DNA from: Chloroflexota bacterium | GTDB lineage: Bacteria > Chloroflexota > UBA11872 > VXOZ01 | DNA: 64,000 nt | Reading direction: 5' to 3' | Assembly: GCA_965220175.1 (NCBI GenBank) | Contig: OZ244814.1 | Span: 1,735,045 to 1,799,044, forward strand | Shown here: piece by piece, positions 1-10,159 of the stretch | Numbering within the stretch: position 1 is the stretch's first letter | How the letters are laid out: every line of letters starts with the position of its first letter | Program-made: the position numbers and the translations under genes | Notes under the pieces: generated by a model | The model's database searches: none | What the model saw: only the letters and a program-made list of their open reading frames with translations | What the model was told of the DNA's origin: nothing

Positions 1-590
1 GTTTCGATCCGGGCAGCATTTCGACGATCTTCATCACACATCTGCACCTCGATCACTCCGGCGGCGCGGCTGAATTGCAGAAGCTCTCTGGCGCTGAGAT
101 TATTGCTTCTCAAGATGTGGCAGGCTGGCTGGAAAGCGGTGACGAAGAGGCGGCGAGTTTGGTGGCCGCGCGCCAGACGGGCATGTACCCGCTAGAGAAC
201 CGCCTGCGGCCGGTAGCGTCCGCGATGGCCGCCGCGGATGGCGACGTAATCCGAGTGGGCTCACTGAGCGTGACGGTCGTGAAAGCCGACGGTCATAGCC
301 AAGGCCATCTGGCGTACCTGGTAGAAGGCTCGTCGCACGGGCAAGACGGCCGGAACCCCGCGCTCTTCAGCGGCGACGCCCTCTTCTTTGGCGGTCGTAT
401 CCTGCTGCAGAACATCTGGGACTGCTCGCTGGAGGAATCCATTGCCACCGTGCGGCGCTTTGCGGAGCTTGAGTTTACGCAATTCTTCCCCGGTCACGGG
501 GTTTTCTCGCTCCATGACGGCAGGCGCCACGTCAACGCCGCCATGACGCACATCGAGCAGCTTCTCCCCCCACCCCAGCTTGAGACGTAG
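1..590 (+). CDS. MBL-fold metallo-hydrolase, 5' partial (begins before window)
   Basis: Frame 3 from window start reads FDPGSISTIFITHLHLDHSGGAA (HxHxDH zinc motif of metallo-beta-lactamase fold) continuous into ORF 75..590; stop TAG 588-590. Confidence 0.7.
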   Translation, partial: FDPGSISTIFITHLHLDHSGGAAELQKLSGAEIIASQDVAGWLESGDEEAASLVAARQTGMYPLENRLRPVASAMAAADGDVIRVGSLSVTVVKADGHSQGHLAYLVEGSSHGQDGRNPALFSGDALFFGGRILLQNIWDCSLEESIATVRRFAELEFTQFFPGHGVFSLHDGRRHVNAAMTHIEQLLPPPQLET

Positions 591-734
591 CAATGCGTGC
601 GGCACCTTCTGACATCGCGCGCATGTGTCTCGCGTGGAAGAGTGAGGAGGACGTCATCTGCAACGCGTGCCTTAATGCAATGGCACCATTAAGGTAGCGA
701 CACCCGCGCTTAACCAGCCGGCCAGGAGTTCTTG

Positions 735-1913
735 CTACGGCCTAAACTCGCGGGCGATTTGGGCGTAGACGTCGGCGCTTTGGACGACTTCGGTGAGGTC
801 GATGCGTTCGTGGTCGGTGTGGGCGTAGCCGATGTCGCCGGGGCCGTACACGATGCAGGGCACACCTTGCTTGACTTGCAGCTTGCTGGCGTCCGTGCCG
901 TACGTGACGCCCTGCGGCGCCGGTGGGAGGCTGTTTGCTTGGAGCGCGCGCATTGCCGCCTGCACGATTGCCTCATCCTCCGCCGTATCCAGGGGCCAGT
1001 CCGCAAGGTCGCGCGAGGCCACGCTGGGATGCAGATCGGGATTGGTGGCCGCCAGTTCCTGCACGGCATCCTCGAATTCCTGAATCGCCCCTTCGGAAGT
1101 TTCGCCCGGAATGATGCGCCGATCAACCACGATCTGGCAGGTCTCGGGAATGACATTGGCGGCGTGGCCGCCGTGGATGATGCCGATGGCCCAGGTAGGA
1201 TAGCCCACCAGAGGGTGCGAGCGCGCCGCAAAGCGGGGGTCCAAGGTGTTCCGCAGGTGCTGGATGACCTCAACCATCTGGTAGATGGCGTTATTGCCCT
1301 TGTGGGGTTGGCTGCTGTGTGCCGGACGGCCTTTAGTCTGCAGTGTGAAGCGCACCGCGCCCTTGGTGGCGGTCACCAGACGCAGCTCGGTTGGTTCGCC
1401 AATCACCGCTGCAGTTACCTGGACTTCTTGCGTGATGAAGCCCTCGATGCCGCGAAAGCGGTACTCTTCATCCACCACGCCCAGCAAGCCGATTTCGTAA
1501 TCCAGCTCTTCCGGTCGCTTCGCCAACTCGCGTATAGCCAGGATCATGCCGGTCAGGCAGCCCTTGGCGTCGCACGAGCCGCGGCCGTGCAGCGTGGTGC
1601 CCTCCACACGCGGTTCTAGGGCCTCCGATCCCCACGTGTCAATGCCGACCGTATCCATGTGGCACTCGAAGAGCAGCAGACCCTTGGCGTTGGGCACGCG
1701 CAGGCGGCCAAAGACGTTGGGTCGACCCGGCAACACTTCGTGTTGTTGCGTCTCCATGCCGAGGTCTCGTAACTGGGACTCAACGAAACTGGCAAGCCCA
1801 GCCTCGCCGCCGGAACCGTCGGCCATGAACGCCGGATTCATGCTGGGGATGCTAACGAGGGAGGAGAGTAGCTCCGCTGATTCTTGAACGCGAGTATCTT
1901 CGACGACGCCCAT
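735..1913 (-). CDS. M20 family metallopeptidase / ArgE-DapE-like deacylase
   Basis: 392-aa ORF with M20 hallmarks (HMDTV, GSCDAKG, EE pair, dimerisation-domain layout); full-length. Confidence 0.8.
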   Translation of the reverse strand: MGVVEDTRVQESAELLSSLVSIPSMNPAFMADGSGGEAGLASFVESQLRDLGMETQQHEVLPGRPNVFGRLRVPNAKGLLLFECHMDTVGIDTWGSEALEPRVEGTTLHGRGSCDAKGCLTGMILAIRELAKRPEELDYEIGLLGVVDEEYRFRGIEGFITQEVQVTAAVIGEPTELRLVTATKGAVRFTLQTKGRPAHSSQPHKGNNAIYQMVEVIQHLRNTLDPRFAARSHPLVGYPTWAIGIIHGGHAANVIPETCQIVVDRRIIPGETSEGAIQEFEDAVQELAATNPDLHPSVASRDLADWPLDTAEDEAIVQAAMRALQANSLPPAPQGVTYGTDASKLQVKQGVPCIVYGPGDIGYAHTDHERIDLTEVVQSADVYAQIAREFRP

Positions 1914-2334
1914 AAGAGTCCTATATTCCTATCGAGTTACGCTGTATGGTTGAACCACATCTCGCTCCATAGTAGCAGATTCGCTTGGGGCGAGAATGAC
2001 GCAAGACCCGGCAAGCGACTGTGGCGGAAGTAACTGCCGGCAGCGTTCCGCAGGGCAGGTGAGTATCGAGGGCCGTGCAACATTGCGCATGTGTCGGTGG
2101 CTTGGAACTCGACGGAACGGACCGGAAGGCCCTCGACTACATGCGGCAACTACAAAGCCATTTCAGTAGCCGGGCCATTGAGTCCCAATCTATCGGTGCT
2201 CTGCTCTGTGTAGACCCACCCTTTGACCGGCTCAGAGCCTGCCCCGTACTCGATACAGAGTATCGAATGATATGGGTGCCAACGGAAAAACGGGTATTCC
2301 GTTTGGCAGTTAGTTCCGAATTGTGAAGTGGCCC

Positions 2335-3960
2335 CTAGTGCTCGCCGCGGGCTTCCAAGGTAATGAGATCCAGCACGTCCTGGCTGGTTACCGTCCCCAG
2401 GAACTCTTTGGACTCGCGGTCCAGGACCGGGATGATCGTCAGCCCGTTCTCCGTCATCCGTTGCAGCACGTCTTCCACCGGCTCATCGGGCCAAGCGTGC
2501 GGAGGCGTCGTACGACGCACTACGCTGTCCAGTTGCGTCTCTTGCCATCTTTCCTTGGGCAAGTAGCGCAGCATGCTCAATGAGACAATGCCGGAGAGAC
2601 TGCCATTGTTGACAATAGCGTAGTCTTGCTGATGGGGCATAATCCATTGATCGACGAACTGCCGGACCGATTGTGCCGCACTTGGATAGGCGCGCGTGCG
2701 GTCGAGTATGTCGTCCACGGTAATGTCATCCAGAGCGAATTGGACGAGTGAAGCCGGCAAAGAATCGGGTAGCGTTGCCGGCTCCTTCGGTCTGGCGTGC
2801 TCAATGGCAAAGTTGATAACCCAGGGGCCGAAGAGGATATAGGCGAACATAATCAGTACGAGCAATGAGAAGACATCATCCCCAATGATGCCGGTCTCCA
2901 GCATTACCAGGAGGAGGGCAACTTCTGCCACTCCCTTCGCCATGAGCCCGGTGGCCAGGGCAAAAGGCATCTCCAAGCGGGACACGAAGGCGCCGATTAG
3001 GGAACCGGCAAACTTGCCCAAGAGCGGAATCGCCACTAGCGCTGCTATTGTCACGAGCGGCAATTCGGTGAACGAAAGGCTGAGATGCAGCCCCGCTGAG
3101 GCAAAGAAGAGCGGCACAAACAGCCCCTCGGCGGTGCTCCGCATGCCGGGCACGATATCGCGGCGCAATTGGTACGGTAGTCCCGAAAGCGCGGCGCCAA
3201 AGAGCAGCGCCCCAAGAGAGCCATGCGTCCCCACGGCCTCCGAAATGCCGACAACCACGAATAGCCCACCGATGAGCAAGCCGAAGGAGAGTTGGGGCAC
3301 CCGTATCGTGCGCTGCAATATCTCAATCAGCGGCGGAATGACGTATCGGGAGAGAATCCACGTAACCAGAGTAAAGCCGACAATCTTCGCCAGCAGGATG
3401 AGCACGCTCGGCACATTGAAATCGGGCACGTGCTCACCGATAGTGAAACCTATGAGCAAGAGGGCCAGTAACTCAGCGATGAGGACGGTGACGAATATCT
3501 GGATACCGATGGGCTTTTGGAGATGGCCTTCGTCGGCCAAGACCTTGCTTGCCAGCCCGAGGCTGGAAAGCGAGAGGATGCCTGACAGAGCAAGCGCTTC
3601 GGTAAAGTCGAGTCCCAGCCCGAAGTCGTAGAAAATATCGGAGGTAACGGTCAGAGCCAGCAGGAGGGAGATGATAACCGAAAGGGTTGCCGCTACGAAG
3701 AATCGTCCGCGTATCGTAGCGACAAAACCGGAAATGTCGATCTCATCTAAACCGATGAGGAAGAAGAAGAGGAATATACCGATGCCAAGGATGATATCCA
3801 GTTCATCTGTGGGCTCGATAAAGCCGAAGACGGGGCCAAGCGCTACCCCCGCAGCCGTGTAGGCCACGATTGCATTGAGCCGGAAGCGCCGGAAGACGCC
3901 TTCCAACAGCTTGGCGACTACGATGAGCAGTCCAATGGAGAGGATTACTTCGAAGTGCAT
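2335..3960 (-). CDS. cation:proton antiporter (CPA family) with C-terminal CBS domain pair
   Basis: 12-13 predicted TM helices starting MHFEVILSIGLLIVVAKLLEG, typical Na+/H+ exchanger N-terminus; C-terminal 130 aa CBS-like; start placed at ATG 3958-3960 rather than the upstream in-frame extension. Confidence 0.75.
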   Translation of the reverse strand: MHFEVILSIGLLIVVAKLLEGVFRRFRLNAIVAYTAAGVALGPVFGFIEPTDELDIILGIGIFLFFFLIGLDEIDISGFVATIRGRFFVAATLSVIISLLLALTVTSDIFYDFGLGLDFTEALALSGILSLSSLGLASKVLADEGHLQKPIGIQIFVTVLIAELLALLLIGFTIGEHVPDFNVPSVLILLAKIVGFTLVTWILSRYVIPPLIEILQRTIRVPQLSFGLLIGGLFVVVGISEAVGTHGSLGALLFGAALSGLPYQLRRDIVPGMRSTAEGLFVPLFFASAGLHLSLSFTELPLVTIAALVAIPLLGKFAGSLIGAFVSRLEMPFALATGLMAKGVAEVALLLVMLETGIIGDDVFSLLVLIMFAYILFGPWVINFAIEHARPKEPATLPDSLPASLVQFALDDITVDDILDRTRAYPSAAQSVRQFVDQWIMPHQQDYAIVNNGSLSGIVSLSMLRYLPKERWQETQLDSVVRRTTPPHAWPDEPVEDVLQRMTENGLTIIPVLDRESKEFLGTVTSQDVLDLITLEARGEH

Positions 3961-4420
3961 CGTAGGTAGGTTTGTTAGTGCTGTTCCTTTTTCCAGAAAC
4001 ATATTACTACAAATGCGTGTCAAGGGCATGTGGCGTCTGATTCGGAATCAGTAGGTATAGGCTTGCAGTCTTTGGGGCAGCGTTCATGTCATTCAGAGCG
4101 TAGCGTCGAACAGGGATCGCAGGATCCAAGAGAACTCTCGATTCTAAATCCTTCTTCGCTGGGCTCCTCAGGATGGCAGTAGGTAGCTGGCTCAGACCTA
4201 GCAATGAACGCATGGCTGGCCCGTTGCCGATCCAAACCTGGAACTACCAGTTTCAGTCAGATGGAGGGCATGCATCCCGCAGGGCAAGCGGTGAGCTTCC
4301 CTGGGTGAGACCGCGAAGTCCAAGGGCGATTACGCTACAATGGAGCGCAATTGCGGAGCGCAATGCGCTTGCGTTGGTTGGAGAATCTGGGGTCACGTTC
4401 AGGGCGAGAGAGGTAGGTCC

Positions 4421-5465
4421 GGTGGAAGCTAGTCAACAGAATCTGAAGGTGGGAGTAGTAGGACTGGGCGTGGGCCGGAGATTCGTTGAGGCGTTTGCTG
4501 CGCATCCAAACACGTCGGTCATTGCTATCTGCGGGAAGGAGCCGGATGTACTGGCGGCAGTTAGTCGCGAGCATGCGATTCCGCGCTGTTACGAAGACTT
4601 CGCCGATGTTGTGGCCGATTCTGAAGTCGAGCTTGTGGTTATTGCAACCCCTCATGCTCTTCACGCACCGATGGCCGTCCAGGCACTGCGCGCGGGAAAA
4701 CACGTCGTTGTGGAAAAGCCAATGTGCGTTTCTTTGGAAGAGTGTGAAGCGTTGATTCGGGTGGTTGAGGAGAGCGGCAAGCTGTTGGCGGTTGATCAAG
4801 TGTTGCGATTCTACCCCTACTACCAGTCAATCAAGGAGCACATTGCTGGAGGCGGATTGGGGGACATCTACTATGCCGAGGCGGACTACCTCCACAACAC
4901 CACCCGGCTTATCCGTGAGCGCACCGTGTGGCGCGGCTCGGCGGAACACTCGCACTACCCCATTCTCGGCGGCGGCTCGCATTCGCTGGATATGCTGCGG
5001 TGGCTCGTGGGTGAGGTTGACCGCGTTCACTGTGAGGCTGCGCAACGGGCAATGCCGGACTTCCCTTTCCCGGACTGCATGGTGGCAACCTTGCACTTTG
5101 CGAACGGCGCCGTGGGCAAATGCACGACATCGTACGGTTTGGTGCGGGAGACCATGCACAATCTGGTGCTATTTGGGACCGAAGGCTCAATCGAGCGCGC
5201 ACGGGGCCGGCAGGATCGCGACAAGCAGTTTCACTCCTCAGCAGAGCACACCTTTGAGGAAGACGCATGGCCCGTGCCCTTTCAACCCCCGGGCGGTAAA
5301 CCGATTGCCGCCGTAGTCGATCACGTGTACCAGTGCGTCACCAACGGCCGACAACCCCTCACCAATGTATGGGAAGGCGCCAACACGGTCGCTGTGGCGC
5401 TCGCTGCCATTGAATCCTGGCAGACCGGCCGGCCGGTCCAACCCGCCCACTTCACGCCGGCATGA
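4421..5465 (+). CDS. Gfo/Idh/MocA family oxidoreductase
   Basis: Rossmann N-terminus KVGVVGLGVGRRF, EKP motif (VVEKPMC), C-terminal alpha/beta domain; start set at GTG 4421 (after GAGAGGTAGG) because the upstream 80 codons of ORF 4173 look non-coding. Confidence 0.7.
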
Positions 5466-6337
5466 TCTACGTTGCCGGTCAAGTCTTTGGCAACTTCGTT
5501 TTCGCCATGTCACTGCGCTGGGCGCGCGGCAGGCAATTCCACTACCTGACCGTCGGCACTATCAACTACGCGGTGGCCGCCGTGCTGGCGGTCGTCTGGA
5601 TGCTCTTTAACCGACCGCCCGACTTCGCTCTGCCGGTTATTCTCTTGGGAGCAATCAACGGGCTGCAGTATCAGATCAGCTTGGCTGTGCTGTTTACGGT
5701 AGTGGAGTTTGTCGGAATCGGCATCACGTTCGGCATTATTCGCCTTTCAATCGCTTTGCCAACACTGGCCTCGATTTTTCTGTGGGGGGAACATCCGGCC
5801 GCACTCCAGGTGGTCGGGCTTTTGCTCGCGTTCGTTGCGCTCCCACTGTTGGGCGCGGATGCCCATCAGGCCACGCGCACCAGGCCGGGGCGGTCACTGC
5901 AAATGTGGGGCGTATTGATTGTGGTCCTCTTCCTCTCCGGGACGGGTTTCACCGCGGCAAAAGCGTTTTCCGTTTGGAGCACGCCGGAATATCAGCCACT
6001 CTATACGGCTTCCGTCTTCGTTGCCGCTACCGTCGGCGTCGGGTTTGTTTGGCCTCTCCGCAAGCGTTTTCGCTTGCCGGACTGGCAGGAAGCTTCACTT
6101 CGGCACAACATCGGCTTGGGCGTGTTTATGGGTGCGGCAAATCTCTTTCAAATTGCCATGCTGCTGCGCGCGTTGGCAGTCTTGCCCGGCACAGTCGTCT
6201 TTCCGCTGGCGGCGACCGTGGGTTTGGCAACGACGTTAGTTGGCGGGATGGTGCTCTTTGGGGAGCGATTTGGGCGCGTTACGGCGATCGGCATCGTCCT
6301 TTCGCTCTTTGCCATTGCCTTCATCAACGCGAATTGA
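5462..6337 (+). CDS. DMT-superfamily (EamA-like) membrane transporter
   Basis: 291 aa, ~10 TM, two-half architecture; ATGA start/stop overlap with upstream oxidoreductase implies translational coupling. Confidence 0.5.
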   Translation: MIYVAGQVFGNFVFAMSLRWARGRQFHYLTVGTINYAVAAVLAVVWMLFNRPPDFALPVILLGAINGLQYQISLAVLFTVVEFVGIGITFGIIRLSIALPTLASIFLWGEHPAALQVVGLLLAFVALPLLGADAHQATRTRPGRSLQMWGVLIVVLFLSGTGFTAAKAFSVWSTPEYQPLYTASVFVAATVGVGFVWPLRKRFRLPDWQEASLRHNIGLGVFMGAANLFQIAMLLRALAVLPGTVVFPLAATVGLATTLVGGMVLFGERFGRVTAIGIVLSLFAIAFINAN

Positions 6338-6354
6338 AAACGAGGAGGTTGGGG

Positions 6355-7128
6355 ATGATAGGCGCTATCGCAGGAGATGTCATTGGTTCCGTGCACGAGT
6401 ACATCAGCACTAAGATCAAGGACTTCCCGATCTTCGATCCTAAGTGCTTCTTTACCGATGACACCGTGCTGACCGTAGCCCTGGCAGACGCGCTGCTGCA
6501 CGATCTCGATTACAGCGTCACGCTCAAGGACTACTACCGGCGCTATCCCGATGCCGGCTATGGCCTCAGATTCCATGATTGGGCAATGTCGGATTCGATG
6601 GCTCCCTACAACAGCTTTGGCAACGGCTCGGCAATGCGGGTCAGTCCGGCAGCCTATTTCGCAACGGACCTTGACGACGCTCTGGCGCTAGCGGAGCAGA
6701 GCGCTGCGGTAACACACAACCATCCGGAAGGCATACGCGGGGCGCAGGCTACCGCCGCCGCCATCTACTTGGCGCGCACCGGTCACGAGAAGAGTGACAT
6801 AAGGGAGTTTGTAGAGTCCTCGTGCGGGTACGACTTGCAGCACACTTTGGATGAAATGCGCCCCACCTACACGTTTGACGAGTCGTGTCAACGGACGGTG
6901 CCACAGGCGATCACGGCCTTCTTGGAAGCTAAGGACTTCGAGGATGCGGTGCGCAACGCCATCTCGCTGGGCGGCGATGCCGATACGCTGGCCTGCATCA
7001 CGGGTTCCATTGCGGAACCCTACTTTGGGGGCGTGCCTGAGGACATCCGCAAATTCGCCCTCTCGCGGCTCGATGACGATTTGCTGGGAGTCGTAATGGA
7101 GTTCGAGCAAAAGGTAATGGTTCGTTAG
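6355..7128 (+). CDS. ADP-ribosylglycohydrolase family protein
   Basis: MIGAIAGDVIGS...FTDDTVLT...GNGSAMRVSP...SLGGDADTLACITGSIAE: conserved ARH (DraG-like) metal-binding segments; RBS AGGAGG 7 nt upstream of ATG. Confidence 0.8.
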   Translation: MIGAIAGDVIGSVHEYISTKIKDFPIFDPKCFFTDDTVLTVALADALLHDLDYSVTLKDYYRRYPDAGYGLRFHDWAMSDSMAPYNSFGNGSAMRVSPAAYFATDLDDALALAEQSAAVTHNHPEGIRGAQATAAAIYLARTGHEKSDIREFVESSCGYDLQHTLDEMRPTYTFDESCQRTVPQAITAFLEAKDFEDAVRNAISLGGDADTLACITGSIAEPYFGGVPEDIRKFALSRLDDDLLGVVMEFEQKVMVR

Positions 7129-7197
7129 CGGGCCGCACACATTTGGTTAGACGGGGCTCGCTGCCCAGCGAATTCTCTGTTGCGATGCACAAGAATA

Positions 7198-7233
7198 AGA
7201 CCTGCCTTCCATAGTTGAGTGGAAAGCAGGTCT
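7198..7233. terminator. convergent-gene hairpin (14-bp stem, 1 mismatch, 8-nt loop)
   Basis: agacctgccttcca-tagttgag-tggaaagcaggtct between the ARH gene (+) and VanW gene (-); T-rich tract only on minus-strand side. Confidence 0.4.
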
Positions 7234-7358
7234 CTTGGCGATGTGGCTGCTCAGCCAGAGGTATTCAAGTGCGGATGGATGCCGGAGGTTGCGCAGGCGG
7301 CAATAGCGCACACGTCGAGTGAATCGTGCGGAGCCGGGATTCTCAAGCCAACGTAGTT

Positions 7359-8873
7359 CTAGTATCTCCTGGTACCCACTGCCCAGCGTTCCCGCCAAGG
7401 AGTGAATTCGCTCCAGAACTCATCGGTCCGCGTGCTGTCGCCCTGCACGACTTGCCTGATAATGCCTGTCTCCATGCCGTCCACCGCCCATTCCACCTGC
7501 AGCCGCACGCCTCTGGGCAGACTAGGATCGAGCAAGTCCGGTAGGGGAGGCCCCGGAGCCTCGACGTTCTGCTTGATCGCCGGCAACATCTCCACAGTGC
7601 GGTCGAGGTCGCTGCCGCGCAGCGAGATCGAGAGCATCATGGCTTGCTCGTCGACGCGCGCTTGGATCAGTATGGGATGTGCAGTGTCGTTGACAAATTT
7701 CAGGTCGAGCCAGGGATCGTAAACGGTGGCGTCGAATCCCGGCGGGCTGCCGTCTTGCTCATAGTACTTCACGCGATAGGTGTGCGGATGGCGCTCTGCA
7801 ATCGGCAGTCCTGCCCAGAACGCGGCGCGGAACACGGTGGTAGATACCTGACAGACGCCTCCGCCGACGCCCCAGATTGTCTTGTCGCCCCAGATCACGA
7901 GGCTTGTTTGAAAGCCGGTCTTGCGTGTGATCGGCCCCAGTACTTTCAAAAAAGAAAAGGTCTCGCCTGGCTCGATGACGTAACCGTGAATCTTGGATGC
8001 CGCGGTGACGATATTGTGTAAGCGCGCACGCGATGATCCGGCAAACTCCGAGGTACCTTCGGCAATGATGTCGGTGAACCGCTGCGCACCTTGCCCCGCA
8101 TTGAACTCAACCGGCGCGGGCCGCTCGTAGCTCATGTGCGGCAGCTTTGCTTCAAGTGGCAGCAGATTGAATTCCTTCAAGAGGTCTCCGCCGAGGATCG
8201 TCGTGATATCACCTTCCCGAGCGATCCCAGGCACGTCCTCTATCCAGTACTGCAGCGCGATGCGTTGGAAGCGCTGGGTGATGAAGGGGCCAAATGACTG
8301 CGGCCTGGACATGGGGAGACCGTACAGCCGGATTGCTGCCTCTTCGCCGCCCGCACCCAGGTAGTGGCGCTTGATGGCTTCATTCGTGAGCCAGTCAAGG
8401 CGAGTCTGTTTGGCCATCTCAAAATCGCCATTTGAGCCGTCATCGACGATGGACATGGGAATGCCGCGAGCGTAGAGGAGATCGTTCAGGCCGGCTCTTT
8501 CCAGAATCTCGAAGGTGTTGGCGAGAAACACTCTCTGCAATTCGGGGTGGTATTGCAGAAGAGCGCCCTGCGTAATCAGATAGAGGTAGCCGTCCTGCTC
8601 AAAGCGCCGGGATGCTGGGTAGCCAAGGGTGCGAACGCCGCCAAGCTCGCGAAACTCGCTATAGAACGCGGGCCCGCCGGGCTCGTCCCAGATGAGGAAT
8701 CCCTGATCGCCGCGGCCGCCAAAACCGTTGGCTTGCCGATAGAAGTGTCCGCCATTGATTGCCTGGTCCATGGAATCAGCGGCGTAAATGGGGACAAATG
8801 AGAAGGGCAGACTGAGGGTGATACCTAAAACAAGGGAGGTGAACAGTCTGCCGAGTTTAGGATGCACGGGCAT
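7359..8873 (-). CDS. VanW family protein (N-terminal TM/signal anchor)
   Basis: VanW domain segment GYVIEPGETFSFLKVLGPITRKTGFQ...GGGVCQVSTTVFRAAFWAGLPIAERHPH; start placed at MPVHPKLGRLFTSLVLGI (cat 8871-8873). Confidence 0.75.
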   Translation of the reverse strand: MPVHPKLGRLFTSLVLGITLSLPFSFVPIYAADSMDQAINGGHFYRQANGFGGRGDQGFLIWDEPGGPAFYSEFRELGGVRTLGYPASRRFEQDGYLYLITQGALLQYHPELQRVFLANTFEILERAGLNDLLYARGIPMSIVDDGSNGDFEMAKQTRLDWLTNEAIKRHYLGAGGEEAAIRLYGLPMSRPQSFGPFITQRFQRIALQYWIEDVPGIAREGDITTILGGDLLKEFNLLPLEAKLPHMSYERPAPVEFNAGQGAQRFTDIIAEGTSEFAGSSRARLHNIVTAASKIHGYVIEPGETFSFLKVLGPITRKTGFQTSLVIWGDKTIWGVGGGVCQVSTTVFRAAFWAGLPIAERHPHTYRVKYYEQDGSPPGFDATVYDPWLDLKFVNDTAHPILIQARVDEQAMMLSISLRGSDLDRTVEMLPAIKQNVEAPGPPLPDLLDPSLPRGVRLQVEWAVDGMETGIIRQVVQGDSTRTDEFWSEFTPWRERWAVGTRRY

Positions 8874-9132
8874 ACAACGTTGTTCCCGCTCGGCTGGATA
8901 GAGCAAACTGCTAAAGACAATGATACACGACCGCGGCGGGTGGTGCAATATGCGCAGTTGATTCTGAGTGCGGGGCTCGAAGGGAGCTCTTGCCCTTGGG
9001 GGGCCGCTCGGTAGTCGCTAAGACGTGAAGTGGGGTCGCACGACGTGCCTGTGGGGAAGTCAGCACGCCAGGTATCGGTTGCTTCTTATCGCGGCTCGTT
9101 ACCGGTAAGTCGCAGCTCGGCCTTCCGGCTCT

Positions 9133-9969
9133 CTAAGTGGCGAAACTCCATAGTCGAAGCGCCGTACGGCCGAGAATCCATTCCAAGTCGGCTTCACTGA
9201 AGAACGGCATTTCGTAGCGGACTGCGGTGAGACGCGGCAGGTAACCGGCCTTGTCGAGCAACATCGGCCAGTCGGTGCCCCACATGAGGCGCTGCGGCCC
9301 CCACGCGTCTTTTGCCATGCGGAAGAATGGATGGGTATCCGCGAAAGGATACGCCTCGGCGCTATAGTGCAGCATGCCGGAGACTTTGGCGAATGTGCGG
9401 GGGAAATCTGCCAGCGCGAGAAAGCGTTTGAAAACGGGATACGGCGGCTGCTCAGAGACATCGATGCGACCCATGTGGTCGAGTACAACATCCACCTGAG
9501 GAAAGCGCTGCAACATCGCTTCAACCATTGGCGCATGGACTAAGTCCAACAGTAAGCACACCGGGATGCCAAGGTCCGCGGCCTTCTGCCAGATGCAGTC
9601 GGTCTGCGCCGTTGTGAACCAACGTGCGCTGTCGGGCCGCACGGCGTGAAGCCGCACGCCATGGAAGCCGCGCTCCGTTACCCAATACTCAAGATGCTCC
9701 GGCGCTTTCTCGTCCAAGGGATCGACGAGGCAAACTCCCGCTAACTGCTGTGGATAGCGGGCGATGCTGTCCGCGAGATACCGGTTGTCCCAGCCGTATG
9801 TACTCGGCTGAACGAGAACGACGTGGTCGACGCCTGCGATTGCCGTTTCTTCCAGCAGCATTTCGGCCGTGGCGTTGGTGGGTGGCACCGGCACGTCGGG
9901 CAGCGTGGGTGCGAAGGGATATCTCTCGTCTTGCGTCCAAATGTGGACATGAGACTCGACTATTGGCAT
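9133..9969 (-). CDS. amidohydrolase-2 family (TIM-barrel metal-dependent hydrolase)
   Basis: N-terminal HVHIW metal-binding motif, internal HxG and C-terminal D residues typical of PF04909-like hydrolases. Confidence 0.7.
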   Translation of the reverse strand: MPIVESHVHIWTQDERYPFAPTLPDVPVPPTNATAEMLLEETAIAGVDHVVLVQPSTYGWDNRYLADSIARYPQQLAGVCLVDPLDEKAPEHLEYWVTERGFHGVRLHAVRPDSARWFTTAQTDCIWQKAADLGIPVCLLLDLVHAPMVEAMLQRFPQVDVVLDHMGRIDVSEQPPYPVFKRFLALADFPRTFAKVSGMLHYSAEAYPFADTHPFFRMAKDAWGPQRLMWGTDWPMLLDKAGYLPRLTAVRYEMPFFSEADLEWILGRTALRLWSFAT

Positions 9970-9994
9970 GAAAGTGCTTCACCTAGCTTTGAGG

Positions 9995-10095
9995 GTGCTT
10001 GCAAAGGGCGAGGGCTACATTCTCCGTTCGCCCTGAGCTTGTCGAAGGGCCGCTTATGGTTTGACCGGGGACTCGCGCAGCCCTCACCACGAATG
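9995..10095. repeat. dispersed REP-like element, family 1, copy 1
   Basis: contains ccgttcgccctgagcttgtcgaagggc and cgcgcagccctcaccacgaatgg; near-identical modules recur at 52.35 kb (inverted) and 54.78 kb. Confidence 0.5.
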
Positions 10096-10159
10096 GCTCT
10101 TACGAAATTGGAAACGTCCACTCGTTCAATCTTGGGACACGGGAAGCACGCTCTTGGCT

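Noticed and set aside
732-1619. 295-aa ORF on + strand
   Set aside because: Lies entirely antisense within the well-supported M20 peptidase gene; Ala/Gly/Arg-rich composition typical of GC-rich antisense frames.
5782-6354. N-terminal 190-codon extension of the ARH ORF (5782..7128)
   Set aside because: Extension overlaps the DMT transporter gene in another frame, has no RBS, and the ARH family N-terminus (MIGAIAGDVIGS) begins at ATG 6355 with a strong AGGAGG RBS.
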